From contig NC_042999.1 of assembly GCF_006345805.1 (NCBI RefSeq), forward strand, positions 104,842,001-104,906,000: 64,000 nt of DNA, read 5' to 3'. Numbering within the stretch: the first letter of the stretch is position 1; every line of letters starts with the position of its first letter. The DNA comes from Octopus sinensis (Eukaryota). Positions 1 to 14,104 of the stretch are shown here, piece by piece. Made by a program: the position numbers and the translations under genes. The notes under the pieces were generated by a model that saw only the letters and a list, made by a program, of their open reading frames with translations, ran no database searches and was not told where the DNA came from.

Positions 1-2382
1 ATATAAAGTTAAGTGCCTTTCTTATGTGGAAATAATATTTCGGCAAGGATTCTGAATACACGAAGCACTAACTGGTTGTTAGGAAACTTCATCTGTTTTA
101 CCATTTCAAATTACATTTTTTTTATTTAAAAAGAATTGTAAGACTTGTATATCTATTAGCATGAAATTTAGACATTCAAATTTTGAACAATTAATAATTT
201 GAGATGGACGAATTGAATGAATGTTGATTAGGCAATTAGAATATACGAGTAGCTGCCAACTATTTCTAAAGCGCTCCTTATCAACCAAGACAAAAACAAG
301 AACTGGCAAGCATGTGACACAAATTAAGCATCGCCAATATACTGATGTGTAGTTTATTAGGATATAATTGTAAATTAAATTTTATATACGTAAAAGTCCC
401 TTTTGTATTTCAATTTCTGATGGGGCGATAGAAATCAGATATAAGGTACTGTTTAGTATTTTTGTCATTCCCAAAGAACTTGATATGGAAATGCACACAA
501 TGCACGGAACAACGATAAATCGATAAACACAAAGGTGTAGATTCAAAAGTGGAGTATTATACTGACACCACCTGTCCGCTGTTAATGACACTATACACTA
601 AAGTGAATCATTTTCATAGCTGGACGATATCTTGTACATTGAATAATCTATTCGGAACATAGCATAGTGTAACTTTCTTTTCCGCATTTCATATTGTGAA
701 GCATGAATGTAGATATTTGAGAATTAAAAAATAAGGGATACTGAAATGGTCTTCTCTGACTTTTTAACAATGTCAACACTTGGATGTGTAATTTACATTT
801 TCCATATGGTCCCGCATTTGCTACCTCTGTTTATGTAGCGTGTCTACATGTCAGCTACATGACACTATATTGTATTGCATTTTATTATTATTGTATGTGT
901 TGTAGAGCTGTGGCAGGATTAATATATAACGTAGAAATTAAATATAATCCACCTGCTCTCTGGTAAACTAATTTTGGTCTGTTTTGATAGTTTGTGTTCG
1001 GGCTGAGCCTAACTCTTTCATAAGAATTTAAAAGGCTATCAACACCTAATATAACTAAGTATCCTTGATTATCAAACATTCTCAACATTATCAATGTGAT
1101 ATATCGTTATATTTACTATATAAACATGCGGAAGTTTAATGCTATTTATAATAAAAATTATTATACATCAAAAACCTACAAATTAATGCAGTATCATTCC
1201 ATTTATATGAGGAAGTCAAATATGAATGCTAAAACCATAAGTAATAACTCTAATTTATTTGAATACTTCAAGGTATTGTTCCACATCTCCCTTGAATAAG
1301 AGTTCAATAACGATAACATATCAGCAGGAACACTGAGTCTAGTTAATTTTGCCAGCTAATGAATGTTTCATTCATTGCATGCTCCGGTTGTATTCGTGGT
1401 TGTCTTTCAATCAGAAAGATATTGTCATTAATCTCAGCCCACTGAGAGCCAAGACATTTGAATCTTATTACAGCATTTCCTTCGTCTAACATAAGAATAG
1501 CTATTTTACTTTAAAATATATTTCAGAAAGTGGGGCGCTAAGCTCTCGTAAAAAAAATATTCAGTAGCGCAAAGACTAACAGAAAAGAGCGAGAAGCGTT
1601 GCACAAATTACATATTAATTTACATATTACACCAAGATGCAACTAAAAGGGGGCGCTATATACGTGAATAACATACATCTCATCACGCCCTCAATATGAA
1701 CTTACGTAGCAATTTGTATAATTATATTATTAGATAATTATTTAGTTGATACTCTGTTTCTTTTGCCAATGAATAATAAATATACAAATAACTAATCTTC
1801 TATCATTATATTTCCAACGATGAAATTGTGACAGTGCAACCTTCAGGTATTGTTAACAGTTCACCAAGTACATTGTTTCATGATTTGAATACATTTTTGC
1901 AGTATAACACCAAAGAACAGGCTGTACTTGATGATCCGTCTTTAATGGAAGATATTAAAGGTATTACAAGCAAATATATTCCTTTGACAATTCCAGTTAA
2001 GTGTATTCGAATATGTATAGAATAATCTGACAAGAGTTTAGAAAAATCAGAAAAAATAACAAATTAAAACAAAACGAAAGGAAAACGAAAGGAAAATTCC
2101 AATTCAAAGAGAAATATTCAAAGTATTAACATGATATTTAGATTGGTAATATATATATTCATATTATATATGAAATTTTTGCAATTTCACACTTATTTAA
2201 TCTTACATAAATAATCATTACATTCTGCGTCTTTCCATTTGTGAAATGAGCATAATTTCGGAGAAAACAGAGACATGGAAAATTAATTGTGAAAGAGATG
2301 AAAAATCTTCTAAAATATACTTAGCGAGATTACTTGATACATGCGCGCATACATACAAACATACATTCATGCTTGCAAACAT

Positions 2383-2438
<56 letters not shown>

Positions 2439-2819
2439 TTATACAGATATGTCCAGGTATATTTATCTGTAATTTGATAAAATAAAGTGTTCTCTGAGGA
2501 TTCATTGTGGTTAAACACCTGTATGCATTTGGAACATCTATTACAGGGCTACAGACAACATAATGGTGAAACGCGCGTAGGAACTTTAATATTAACGTGT
2601 GCTTATCCTTACTTGTACTTTTATACAACATGCACGTACACACACATACATACACACACAAATAAGTATGGACACTCTCTTCTACACACATACACACACA
2701 CGCACACATGCACTCTCTCTCAACCACACACGCTTACTGGATAACTTACATAGAACAGAGTAGTATGATGTCTAAAATGAAGTCAAGTCAAGTAATAACA
2801 TGTATTATTTTTATTATTC

Positions 2820-3032
2820 AGGTGGCAAGCTGGCTGTGCCGTTAGCACGCTGGGCAAAATGCGTTGCGGTATTTCGACCTTCTCTAAGTTCTGAGTTTAA
2901 ATCCCGCCGAGGTCGACTCTGCCATTCATTCTTTTTGGGGTTAGATAAAATATGTATCATTTGAACCCTGTCAATGTAATCGGCTTAGCTTCTCCCCAAG
3001 ATTGTAGGTCTTGTGCCAAAAGTTGAAAAACC
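2820..3032 (+). mobile_element. tRNA-derived SINE, family B in this report (GGCGGCGAGCTGGC-type head)
   Basis: Head GGTGGCAAGCTGGC...GTTAGCACGCTGGGC, B-box-like GAGTTTAAATCCC, then CCGAGGTCGAC module; related copies at 14.1, 23.0, 35.3, 39.0 and 46.7 kb. Confidence 0.8.
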
Positions 3033-3589
3033 AATATTTTGAATGAATGCAGCCCGCCACACACACACACACATACACACACAACACACACACACAACAC
3101 ACACACATATATATATATATATATAATATATATATGTATGTATATGTGTATGTATGTGCATTTTCGAAGAAGTCAGAATTTAAGATTGAATTCATTCGAA
3201 CACCGCTATGCGTTTTGTATACTGAGCTTATTTATTTCCAGCTACAGACTGTATATACAGAGTTTTCATAAATTAGACACATCATTGTCTAACTGCGTTG
3301 CTTGCAATCAACAGAGCCCACGTGAAAGCCTGATATTTCTAACAAAACTTTATTTATTTAACTATGTTTTCCAATAAACTCTACTGAGCTATCCTAATTT
3401 TTCATTTTTCGAGTTTTGTCAAATTGTAAGAATAATTTATGAACATCCTATTCATGTATGACTCTTCTATTTTTAAAAATTATTATGACTCTCCCATTGA
3501 GGAGGGATCCGGTTTCCAACAAATATACAAGGCTCCATCTTTGGGATGTAGTTAACATAGACAAATCCACATTTGGAATTTGAGAAAAA

Positions 3590-4330
3590 ACTTGCATATT
3601 TTTGCGCATATATTTGTTAAAATATCTACAAATGTCTGCCATGATGTGTTTATCTTAGTGGGGGTGAGTGCGTGCGAGAAGGCCCAATCAACTTGTGAAA
3701 GATCATGATTGATCGCATCCCAGTCTGCGGTATGAAAATCCATAGTGTCAAATGGATGGGCTCGAGAGATTTCACTGGATTTGATCTTTGGGTGATAGAA
3801 TCTCAGATCGCAGAGAACCATGCCATGGTTATAGAGTAGTGGTGTTTTTTCCACTGCAATATTGTGGATAGTGTCAGTGCGGTTATCGACACTAGGTCTA
3901 AGGTGTTTTTGTGATACCATGTTGGTTCGGGAAAAAGTTGGGTCAGGCAAAACTCATCCATGAAATCAAACAGCAATTCAGTTGCTTCATTATCATGGGT
4001 TGATGTGGATAAGCCTGGTTTCAAGCTGTTTGTGGACGAATCAACACTGGGAATGTTGAAGAACCCATCATTTATATCTTGTCAGCATTACATTGATGGA
4101 TGAAACACTTAATACTGTTGGGGCATTCCTTGAAGCGTAGTAAAGGAGTTAGGGGTGGCCTAAAGAGCCCAACTGCTATGAAATTGTTGGCTTTACTATA
4201 CACATAAGCTGCTTCACAGTAGCCAATGGTAAATACGTCAAGCCGAAAAAGAAACGTGCACGAAAATGGCGGTCCCGTTCTTTCTTCTGCCGACAGGATC
4301 TGCACGGATAGCGGTAAAATTCTTCACTCT
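3590..4330 (-). mobile_element. CR1/L2-type LINE fragment: APE endonuclease C-terminus plus linker, frameshifted
   Basis: Translations contain GLFRPP, CLTQLFPEPT..KNTLDLVS and DFHTADWDAINHDLSQVDW...WQTFVDIL, typical of CR1-group ORF2. Confidence 0.8.
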
Positions 4331-4350
4331 CACATCAGGACGAGGAAAAA

Positions 4351-4351
<1 letters not shown>

Positions 4352-4420
<69 letters not shown>

Positions 4421-4458
4421 ACTCACACACAAACACACGCACACACATATATACATGT

Positions 4459-4492
<34 letters not shown>

Positions 4493-4514
4493 CTACGTAT
4501 ATATATACATATAA

Positions 4515-4564
<50 letters not shown>

Positions 4565-4665
4565 ATATATATATACATAAATAAATAGATATACATATAT
4601 ATATACACATATATTACATGCATACATATATTTATACATATAATATACATACATACATACATATA

Positions 4666-4706
<41 letters not shown>

Positions 4707-4713
4707 CATACAA

Positions 4714-4755
<42 letters not shown>

Positions 4756-4770
4756 GTATATTATATTATA
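4352..4770. repeat. Compound microsatellite (CA)n/(TA)n/(TATC)n/(CT)n
   Basis: Directly visible. Confidence 0.95.
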
Positions 4771-5249
4771 ATTATTAGGAAATATTACTTCCGAGTACAC
4801 AGGAAAAAGACATTCAAATTAGATATCTAAGGAAAGGAGAGCGAGGGAACAAAAACTGCCGAAGGCTAATTTTGTAGAACGGAATTTATAGTTACAGCAT
4901 GCGATGTTCTACGTGGAATAAAGATTGCAAAAAATAGACTCGATAGCTTCAGTACAGATGTACTCTGGTGAAGTAAAATAGGGGTAGGACGTAAAATATC
5001 TAGCATAGTAGGATCAGACCAAATGTCCAACAGAGTAAAATCAGAGAATAGCTTCTGCAGGGCAAAATTGGCATTGCCACATGGCAAATAACAAGGTATT
5101 GTAAAATATACCTGAACAATCCATGCAAAGGTAGAGAGAGAGACAACAAATATAACAGATATAGAAAAACTGATGCAGATTTATCTGCGATTTTTGCGGT
5201 GATTTTGATAAGGAGCGCACTTCCCAATCACAAAGTTTCGCGTTCATTA

Positions 5250-5620
5250 CCACTTCGAGGCATCTTCGGCAAGTGTATTCAACTAAAATCTCGGGCCGCA
5301 GAAAGCGTTGTGTGTGGATTTGGTTGACGAAAACTGGAAGACACCTGTCGTATACACACACACACACGCACACATCCATAGACACACATAGATGCATCTA
5401 TGTATGCATGTATTTGACAATCCCTAATGATTTGGCAATCTCTGTTGGTCTGTTTATATCCACGTAACTCACCGATTCGGCGAAATATATCGTTACAATA
5501 GGTTTCCAGGCTCATTAAACATGAACTCAAAAACATGGATACTGGGGTCGATGCGTTCGATCAAAGCCTTCAAGATGATGGTTCAATATGATAGCAGTCT
5601 AATGACAAACAAGTAAAAGA
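5250..5620 (+). mobile_element. Degenerate CORE-type tRNA SINE (family A) with internal microsatellite
   Basis: GGCAAGTGT...GTGGATTTGGTTGACGAAAACTGGAAGACACCTGTCGTATA and 3' part CTGGGGTCGAT...AAACAAGTAAAAGA match the more complete copies at 33.2 and 62.3 kb. Confidence 0.7.
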
Positions 5621-6231
5621 ACGATACTTTTGGTATATATATTTTAAGTTCTTTTATCAAGAAACTATTTTCGCTTCTTTGATCTTAAATATTATTTTCT
5701 ATTTGTGTCATTTGAAGTTATCCATTCCTCAGATACCCATTAACCTTAACACACACAAACAGCGTTATGTGTGAGCACGTCGCGCAACTCAGCTTCCTAA
5801 GACTACCTGTCAAATTAATCAATCGTTATTCATACGCAGTTCTTTTTAATTTTTTTCTTCTTTATCTCTCTCATGAAAGTAACTAGCAGGTGTATTGATT
5901 GCCCTTTTATTAAATGTTTAGCTGTTGTTGGAAAGTGAACAATAAAGCATGTGTTGCTAGTTGCAATAATTGCAATTTGGAAAAGTGGTGTTATTGACAA
6001 AATATTCTAAATTGACTTGAATCCGTAAAAATTTTACTCGATAATTACCAGTAATTAAATCACTCCTTCAGAGAATGTTCTCTATATTTTCTCTTCGTTA
6101 TATCCTAGCCACCAAAAATATTTTGCATAAACAAATTCTCAACACCCATTAAGTTCTCTTAACTTTATTGATTATCTTGATTATCAAATAACGATATGTG
6201 TGTATGAGGATGTGTGTGTGTATGTATTATG

Positions 6232-6272
<41 letters not shown>

Positions 6273-6329
6273 TGTGTGTGTGAATATGTATGTATATCTT
6301 TTACCCCATTTCTGTCAACACCTCAAATA

Positions 6330-7715
6330 TAAATTCTTACCTGAAGACGGAGGATGATGTTATCCAAGGATGGAATCAATTTGCAGTAATTATGTTAGAC
6401 AACCAAGCCTACAGAAACACCTGTTGGACCCGTAAAACTCTTATTCAACACCTATAATTCTTGATATCATTTCTATTCTGTGTAGGTCGGGCATTTTATA
6501 AGTAAACATATTTACATTCTTTGTACTAACCAGCACCAGTTTGTACTAATTCGACACACAGCTATAGGGACGGAACTTGCTTCAGTTTTCGCGAACTCAG
6601 TATTGGGATACTTGGAACAAAACCTATATAAAAAACTGAAGAGAACTACGGCATGACCTTTAAAATACATATAAATGACACATGGACGAGTTACCTCAAT
6701 GATTGTTACCTAATTTGGACCAAATCCCTAGAAAATCTGGAAGAATTCAGCACCCTCCTCAACAATCTACATCCCAGTCTCAAATTCACAAGAGAAAGGA
6801 GCAACACACATATTGGTAATTAAAAACAGCACCACAATCACAACTGATATTTATTACAAAACCATAGATACATACCGCATCTAAATTTCAAATCATGCCA
6901 CCCATCACACACAAAACGCAACATTCCCTACTCTCTAGCCAGGAACATTTATACTATAGCCGATTATCAAAATAACAGAAACACGCGACTCAAAGGATTT
7001 CTACTGAAACAAAATTACTGTCTCATACTTATCAAAAATAGCATACAGCATGCAAAAGAGATAGATCAATTGAGAACAACTTAGGGCAACACGAGAAAGA
7101 CGAACCCATCAACGGATCACAATACAATTTCTAGTAACATACAATCCGCATCACCGAAACATTCTTAACATCATCAAAACAAATTTGCCGATCACAAATC
7201 ATAGTGAAAAATTAAAAACAAAATAATAACTAATCGAATCATAAGCAAAAGACAACCACATAATCTAAAGAAACTATTAACAAAGGCAAAATTCAACATG
7301 AACAAACAGGATAAAACATTCACAGTATCCAAATGTAATGATAACAGATGTGGAACGTGTCAATACATGCATACTGGTAGATCCATTAGAACAAAAAAAT
7401 GGACAGATTTTCACAAATACAGATATGAACTGCAAAAGCAGGAATTTGATCTGCCCAAATTGCGAGGAACTATATATATAGGCGAGACAAGGAATGCTTT
7501 ATCGGAACGCTCACGAGTCCACAGACAACAAATCCAAAACAAAAATGTTTGCCAAATTCCGATGAGCGAGCATATAGAGACATAAGGTCAGAAAATATTT
7601 CTAATTTTTCCTTTCCCCAAATTACATGACACAAGAGAGGTTGGAAGAAAGATAAAAGAAAAACGGTTTATTAAAATGTTCAAACCCGTTCTGAACGGAA
7701 ATAACAACAATAATA
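6330..7715 (+). mobile_element. Penelope-like element (Neptune-type linker): RT C-terminal half plus GIY-YIG, pseudogenised
   Basis: HPSLKFT, TDIYYK, FKSCHPSHTKRNIPYSLA, linker KCNDNRCGTC (C-x4-C-x2-C), YIGETRNALSERSRVHRQQI, FIKMFKPVLN; many stops and frameshifts. Confidence 0.88.
6335..6430 (+). ncRNA. Degenerate hammerhead-like motif upstream of the PLE
   Basis: CTGAAGA (6341-6347) ... GAAAC-ACCT-GTT (6414-6425); stems I and II pair poorly. Confidence 0.4.
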
Positions 7716-7885
7716 TAACAACCAGTTAATGATGTGGATTAAAAAAATATCTCGAACATATGAATATAAATGAATTACAGAATATCGGTACGGCTGGCAG
7801 ACCATAGTGTTTAAGGTCTATACAGATTGGTCAAAACCGTATTGTAAAAATTCAGCTTGCTGGAGTATTCTAAGAGGTACTACAG

Positions 7886-7917
<32 letters not shown>

Positions 7918-8105
7918 TGTATGTATGTATGTATGTATGTATGTGTGTATGTATGTATGTATGTATGTATGTATGTATGTATGTATGTATGTATATATAT
8001 ATACACTCATATATATATATATATAATATATATATATATGTATACACACATATACATATATATATATATATGTATACATCTATATATGTGTACATATATA
8101 CATAT
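7886..8105. repeat. (TATG)n then (TA)n microsatellite
   Basis: Directly visible. Confidence 0.95.
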
Positions 8106-8541
8106 ATACACATCGTTACTGTTAAGTGTCGTAAGTCGAAAACGTTGTTTTTTTTCAGAAAACGAAAAAGTAGTTTCACCATTCCATTTCTTTTTACATT
8201 GATAATAGTATCAGAAATATTTTTACAAAACTGTTGTATGTGAGACATGCTACAGTTTTGAAAAATGCTGAACAGGTGTAGTGCATTTTCACAATTTTCA
8301 TCTGAAGCAGCTGGAGATGTGATAGTTTGACACTTAACATTGTCTAACTAATTGTGGTTTGAAGGGCATATTCTTATACACTGTGTCAATTATCCCGAAT
8401 CTGCGTTTGACAAGAGTCATTTATGTCGTAGTTGTGGTACAGACTGCAAATCTTCAGGAATATTTATTTAACTGAACCCATATAAAGTTATACTTTATAA
8501 TACGTATTGAAAACTTTTTTCTGTTCCTTATATTGGAAGAA

Positions 8542-8620
<79 letters not shown>

Positions 8621-11583
8621 CATAAATATATATACATAAATACCTTTACAAAACACACATACTCATACGTAGGTATCTGTACGCACATTTATTGAAACTA
8701 GTATTGCAAGCCTATGCACAACGTTTTGTAAAACTACCTTTTTTCTGAAGTAATAGTAATGGTCAGTAACTGGAACGACGTTAATTGAAGATAACTGTTT
8801 CAGATATGGTATATCACATATTTTATGATATTAAACCATATTTACTACCCCAATCATGCTAAACATTTTTCTTTCAAATTCATTAGATGAAGTTTGAGCA
8901 TTTGACGATATTTTTTATTACTTGATATTGTAGTGAGTCCGAGGACATTGAAGTGCTTCACTATGAGACAGAGATCATGATATTTGGCACTTTTCTAATA
9001 CTGATACTTTGATGATGAATTGTCAGTATTAATACAAATAATATTTCTTTTGTGCTGTGAATTTCAAAACAGTTTCAGAGCACCATATAATTTCCCAAAT
9101 ATAGTTGACAGGATGTGCTGTTGCAATAATGAAGACTATTTGAAGATCACAGACTTGTAAGTTATCTGCAGCTAATCGAGGTATATCTGACGTAATGTCG
9201 TTATTTTGATGTTTGGCACAAGTTCAGTCCTGACCTATAAGAGTTAACATTACAGCAGTTCCAGATCCGAAAAAAACTATCGTTTTATTTATTTAGGTGT
9301 ACATTCAAGGGTTGATATAAGAAGTACCATTCGCATATGGTACAGTTTGAGAAAGATTTAAATGTTACCTCTTATACTTCAAGCAAACATATAGCATGAT
9401 TCCTTGTAGATGCGATAGAGAAAATGCAATGGGAGGGCAGAGTATTTTATTCAAAAATTGGATAATTTAATCTTTCATTTTTGATGTCTTTGCAATATTC
9501 ATGTTTGCAGTCGTTATAGATGATGGAGATATATATAGAAGGAAATTGAAACAAGCTTACCCCATTTTGTCTTGATTGCCTTTCGGTTTCTGATATACTT
9601 TTTACAGGAGAGAGAACGGAAGAGAGAGAGATAGAGCGATGGAGAGTGAGAGATAGAGAGGGAGACGGTTCACTACATTATAGCTGTAGCTGTTGTCATT
9701 TAGCTTATTCGTCAGTTCTCATCATACTAAACTCTAATCAAATTTCTTGAATCAAAGACCAATATGTTTTCTTTGTTTCGTGCAGAGTATGCTTGGTAAA
9801 TATGTATATACAAAGTAAAATACTATGTCCTTAGTCTCGCAGATTGAGTTACTTTTCGGTGAGGCTTATGCAACGCAGTGTGTTTGGTATTTATACCTCG
9901 GAAGGTACCGAATGTACATACTATAATGCATATCGATATGACTGTGTATCTATATTTATCCATCATATGTAAGGTCGTCACTTGTCTGCCATTATAGAAA
10001 TGAATTGTGCGTCAGTGTATGCGTGGTGATATATTAAAAGTCCAATATTTAGAGTCGTTTCTTGCGATTGGGAAATAGAGGGATAATGAAACTTGTCGGT
10101 TGGAGACTCCACCCAAGACTCCAAGAAGGACCTTGTGGGGCCTAATTTTACTCATTTTAATAACACATGTCAGTTAAACAGTGTATATATATTTCTTTAT
10201 AATAACGTTGCCCTGATACTTTAGTAAAAATAGTACAACTGTTACCGAAATTACGATATAAGGTATATTTTTAAAGGAAACTTATCGTTTTTTCTAAGCC
10301 ATTTTCTGACGTCGTAGAGGGTTTATATATTGCTGTTATATGGAAAATGGCAGTAGATTATATTCAAATTTTGTATGCTCATCCCTTGATTCTACGTTGA
10401 TGATAGTATAACTGCCTAAATGTTACTGGTAAGTGTTACGCAAACTCTGAATATTTAAGAATAGAATCTACTTATAGGGTTTTTGTCGTGTAACTGATAT
10501 TTGTCTTTGTTAACGAAATACATGTAAGCTGATGTAACTAAATAATTTATGAGCAGGCTTTTTTGTTTTACTTTGCCTTTTCTATTTGCACACTGTAATT
10601 CATCTAAATACGGAGACAAATCGAAATAAACTCGAACTATGTTACTTGTCATTCTCGCGGTTTTCATTTTGGGTATATACGAATACACATGGAGTTCTAA
10701 TCACTAGTTATTTTAACATACAGTTAAATATAGATTGCGTTTTATAATTACTCAGAAGCATGAACCACCGCGCATAGAGGTACGCAATATTTTAAGATGT
10801 TGAAGTGAACGATAATTAAGATGGTTGAGAAGCAGCTCATTATAAGTAGTATACAATTTCCCATCATACACGTTAGTGAGATTTTAATTTTCCTGTCATT
10901 ATCTTTCCATCAATGTTTAATGTTGACATAGAGAACACTAAACTTTGCTGGTAGAAATTGAAAAGAATTTTTAAAAAAGTATATACGGGAAAACTAAAAT
11001 ATTCTGTTTGTGAATTTTCTGAAATTTGAATTTTTCGTCATTAAATATTGATTTTTTTCATTCAAAAGATTATTCTAAAGTAACGGTTTTTACCATTTTA
11101 ATGATTGAGACGTAGCATATACATACATACAAGCATACATACATGCATACGTGCATACATACATATATATATATATAAATATATATGTATATATATGTAT
11201 ATATGTATATATACACATATATATGTATGTATTTATGTATATATGTGTATGAGCATATATACAAAGCTACATACGAATATATATGTATATGTATATACAT
11301 ACATATATATATGTATGTGTGTGTGTGGATGTATATGTGTGTCTTTGTATACATATTTAAATATGGCATGCACACACAATCATTTATGTATTCTCTCTGT
11401 ATACTTTAAGTTGATAAATGTAAAGTGTGTTTGTATATATATATACATGTATGTGTGTCTGTGTACGTGTGTGTATGTATGTGTGCGTGCAATGATTATT
11501 GAATAGGTGACCTCACCCTTCAAAGAGTGAAATTTCATGTGATGTGAATGTGATAACCTGAGAATAAAATGTGAATAATGAGG

Positions 11584-11716
<133 letters not shown>

Positions 11717-12237
11717 AACCTACAACAAGTAAGGCAACAATAACATTACTGAATACGACTTCTGATATGATCTCTATATCTCTCTATTTTCGGCAACCTC
11801 TCCAACGCTGAATTCGCTTGTAACCCTTTTTCCTTTCTCTCCTTCTCTCCCTAGCCCTCTCTCTCTCTCTCTCACTCATTCTCGCATTCCCTTTCTAAGT
11901 AGCTCTAATACAGTTCCCAATTTCTCCTGTTCTGTTTATCCTGTTTCTCTAAATTACCGCCTTTTCTCTTTTTTTTAAAATTTTCTCTCTATTTTCTCTG
12001 ATTTACGTTTATCCATCTACCACGCAAACTTTCGAAGACACTCAACTTTTACTTCTATTCTTCTTCTTCATTCCTCACTCCTTCCTTTACTTCTTTCATT
12101 TTTGCTCATCTACTGCCACTCAATCACTTCTACATTTATCACACGCATACATTTATATATACATACAGAATATACATAATTATATATATATATGAATAAA
12201 TTAATGGAGTTTAACGCAGGTGTAATCAAATAGTTTT

Positions 12238-12323
12238 ACTTTCGACAAATGTTTCGAAAATTCCACTGATACTATTCAAAAGAATAAATGGTATAAACAA
12301 TGCAATCTTCTCCTCAGGAAAGT
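12238..12323 (-). ncRNA. Type I hammerhead ribozyme, intact core (minus strand)
   Basis: Minus strand: ACTTTC-CTGAGGA-[GAAGATT...AATTTTC]-GAAAC-ATTT-GTC-GAAAGT; stem I has 6 perfect bp; GUC triplet. Confidence 0.85.
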
Positions 12324-12337
12324 GAAAAAAGCGAAAC

Positions 12338-12859
12338 TTGTTAAATATTAATACATTTACTAATACTAACATTAATTTAGCTATTACTATCCAACCCTCT
12401 AGAAATATTAATAACAAGGTTATTGTATCTGAAGTCAATTCCAATAGAATTAAGTTTATGTCAAATAATTCTAAGATTAAAAATTCTATATACCAGTGTA
12501 TAATCAGTACCCGTAATAAAGTACGATTTTACATTGGAAGCACATCGTTAGAGTTATCTAAAAGAATCTCTATCCATTACTCAACATTTAGGGATAGAAA
12601 TAAACGCAATAGTACAGGTCTCAGCAAACTGATTTGGGATTTAAAAGACCACAATGAACAATTTCATTTAGAATGGTTGATTCTCTCAATTTCGATACCA
12701 TATGACAAAGGCAAGGAATTCTGTCTTCTTTGCAATTCTGAGCTATTTTTCATTATTTTTTCTAAAAATACTCTAGTAAACACGGTTATAGAGCAAGCAT
12801 ATAGATGTAAGCATTGGCAAAACATACATTTTGTGCATATAAGTAGTCTCTATCATTAA
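12338..12859 (+). CDS. PLE GIY-YIG endonuclease frame, 173 aa, no RT, non-ATG start
   Basis: NSIYQC...FYIGSTSLELSKRISIHYSTF...TGLSKLIWDLK...W.I...Y...FCLLC...VN...E...CKH. Confidence 0.8.
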   Translation: MLNINTFTNTNINLAITIQPSRNINNKVIVSEVNSNRIKFMSNNSKIKNSIYQCIISTRNKVRFYIGSTSLELSKRISIHYSTFRDRNKRNSTGLSKLIWDLKDHNEQFHLEWLILSISIPYDKGKEFCLLCNSELFFIIFSKNTLVNTVIEQAYRCKHWQNIHFVHISSLYH

Positions 12860-13047
12860 ATATAATTTAAACTTTAATTTTCTTTATATTTAACATTCAC
12901 TATTGGTATCCCTACTCTTTTTGGTAGCTACTTATGACGTTATATCATATAACGTTTTTTTAAACAATATTAATAGCGTTCTGTCTATCGCTATACAAAT
13001 CTATCATTTTTTGCTAAAATGTCTTATTGACAAGTTTCGCTTTTTTC

Positions 13048-13121
13048 ACTTTCCTGAGGAGAAGATTGCATTTATTCTTTTGAATAGTATCAGTGGAATT
13101 TTCGAAACATGTGTCGAAAGT
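13048..13121 (+). ncRNA. Type I hammerhead ribozyme, intact core (plus strand)
   Basis: ACTTTC(13048-53)-CTGAGGA(13054-60)-stem II GAAGATT/AATTTTC with inner TATTC-TTTT-GAATA hairpin-GAAA(13104-07)-C-ATGT-GTC(13113-15)-GAAAGT(13116-21); predicted cleavage after 13115. Confidence 0.88.
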
Positions 13122-13322
13122 AAAAATATTTGATTACACCTGCGTTAAACTCCATTAATTTATTCATATATTATTCAAAATATTCAACATAAACACGAAG
13201 TTTCTACCTTTATAAGCAAGGAGTTACAACATCTTTACTTGTGAGATTTTTGCTACCCTGGTAACTATTTATTTATTTTTTCCGTGTTAATTGTTAACAA
13301 GGTAAAAATATACTCATCTGTT

Positions 13323-13360
<38 letters not shown>

Positions 13361-14104
13361 ATAATATATATATATATATATACTCACATACATATGCACG
13401 CCTGCGCGCGCGCACACGCTCATATATATATATATCTTTATATATATATAATATTTATATTTATAAATATATATAAATATAAATATTAATGTATATATGT
13501 TTTGTCATGTCATTCTTTTCTTCTGTCGTACTCTCTCCAATTTTCTTTTCCACAATAACTGAAAAACTTAACCCCATCATTTATACTTTTTCTTCATCGA
13601 CTTGATATATTTCCACTTTGCAAACAACTTATTCGTATTTTTTCTTTTATCGTTCTTTCTTTAATACCATTTATCTCTTTTTGTTTCCTTTCGTTCTGTC
13701 TATTTAAGTATTCTGTTTCTCTATTTTTCTTCATATATCTCATACCATGCTAATCTCTCTTCCAAAAACTATGCAATCCCCCCCCCCATTCCCTGCCATT
13801 CGACTACTTCCTATAACCTATCTACTGGTCAGCCCAGATTCCAAGTTCAGTTTCACAGCACATGTAAGCATGTGGGTGAAATGAAAATTTTAATCATATT
13901 CCTACAGATACCACATATATACATATAATTATGTACACTTTTGTCTTTGTATCTATGTGAGCCTGTGTGAATACTGTTTCAATATATAGATATCCAATTA
14001 TATGGGGTAGAGTTTTCTGTATTCATTTGACAGCTAAGAATTATTCTCTATTTTTCCTTTTTACCCTCCTCTACACACACATATATATATGCACGTACAT
14101 ATGC

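Larger units (their letters stand above)
12190..13300 (+). mobile_element. Penelope-like fold-back element: inverted HHR-bearing arms (12190-12342 and 13031-13170) around a GIY-YIG frame
   Basis: Arms are near-exact reverse complements (12-nt indel and a few substitutions); the interior encodes GIY-YIG. Confidence 0.9.

Noticed and set aside
1792-2025. Plus-strand 77-codon open frame (…YNTKEQAVLDDPSLMEDIK…)
   Set aside because: No recognisable domain, weak splice context, and it conflicts with the minus-strand exon candidate nearby.
9172-9234. Minus-strand exon-like segment VRTELVPNIKITTLRQIYLD* after a TTAACTCTTATAG acceptor
   Set aside because: Protein-like but short and unrecognised, and it cannot be linked to other exons from sequence alone.
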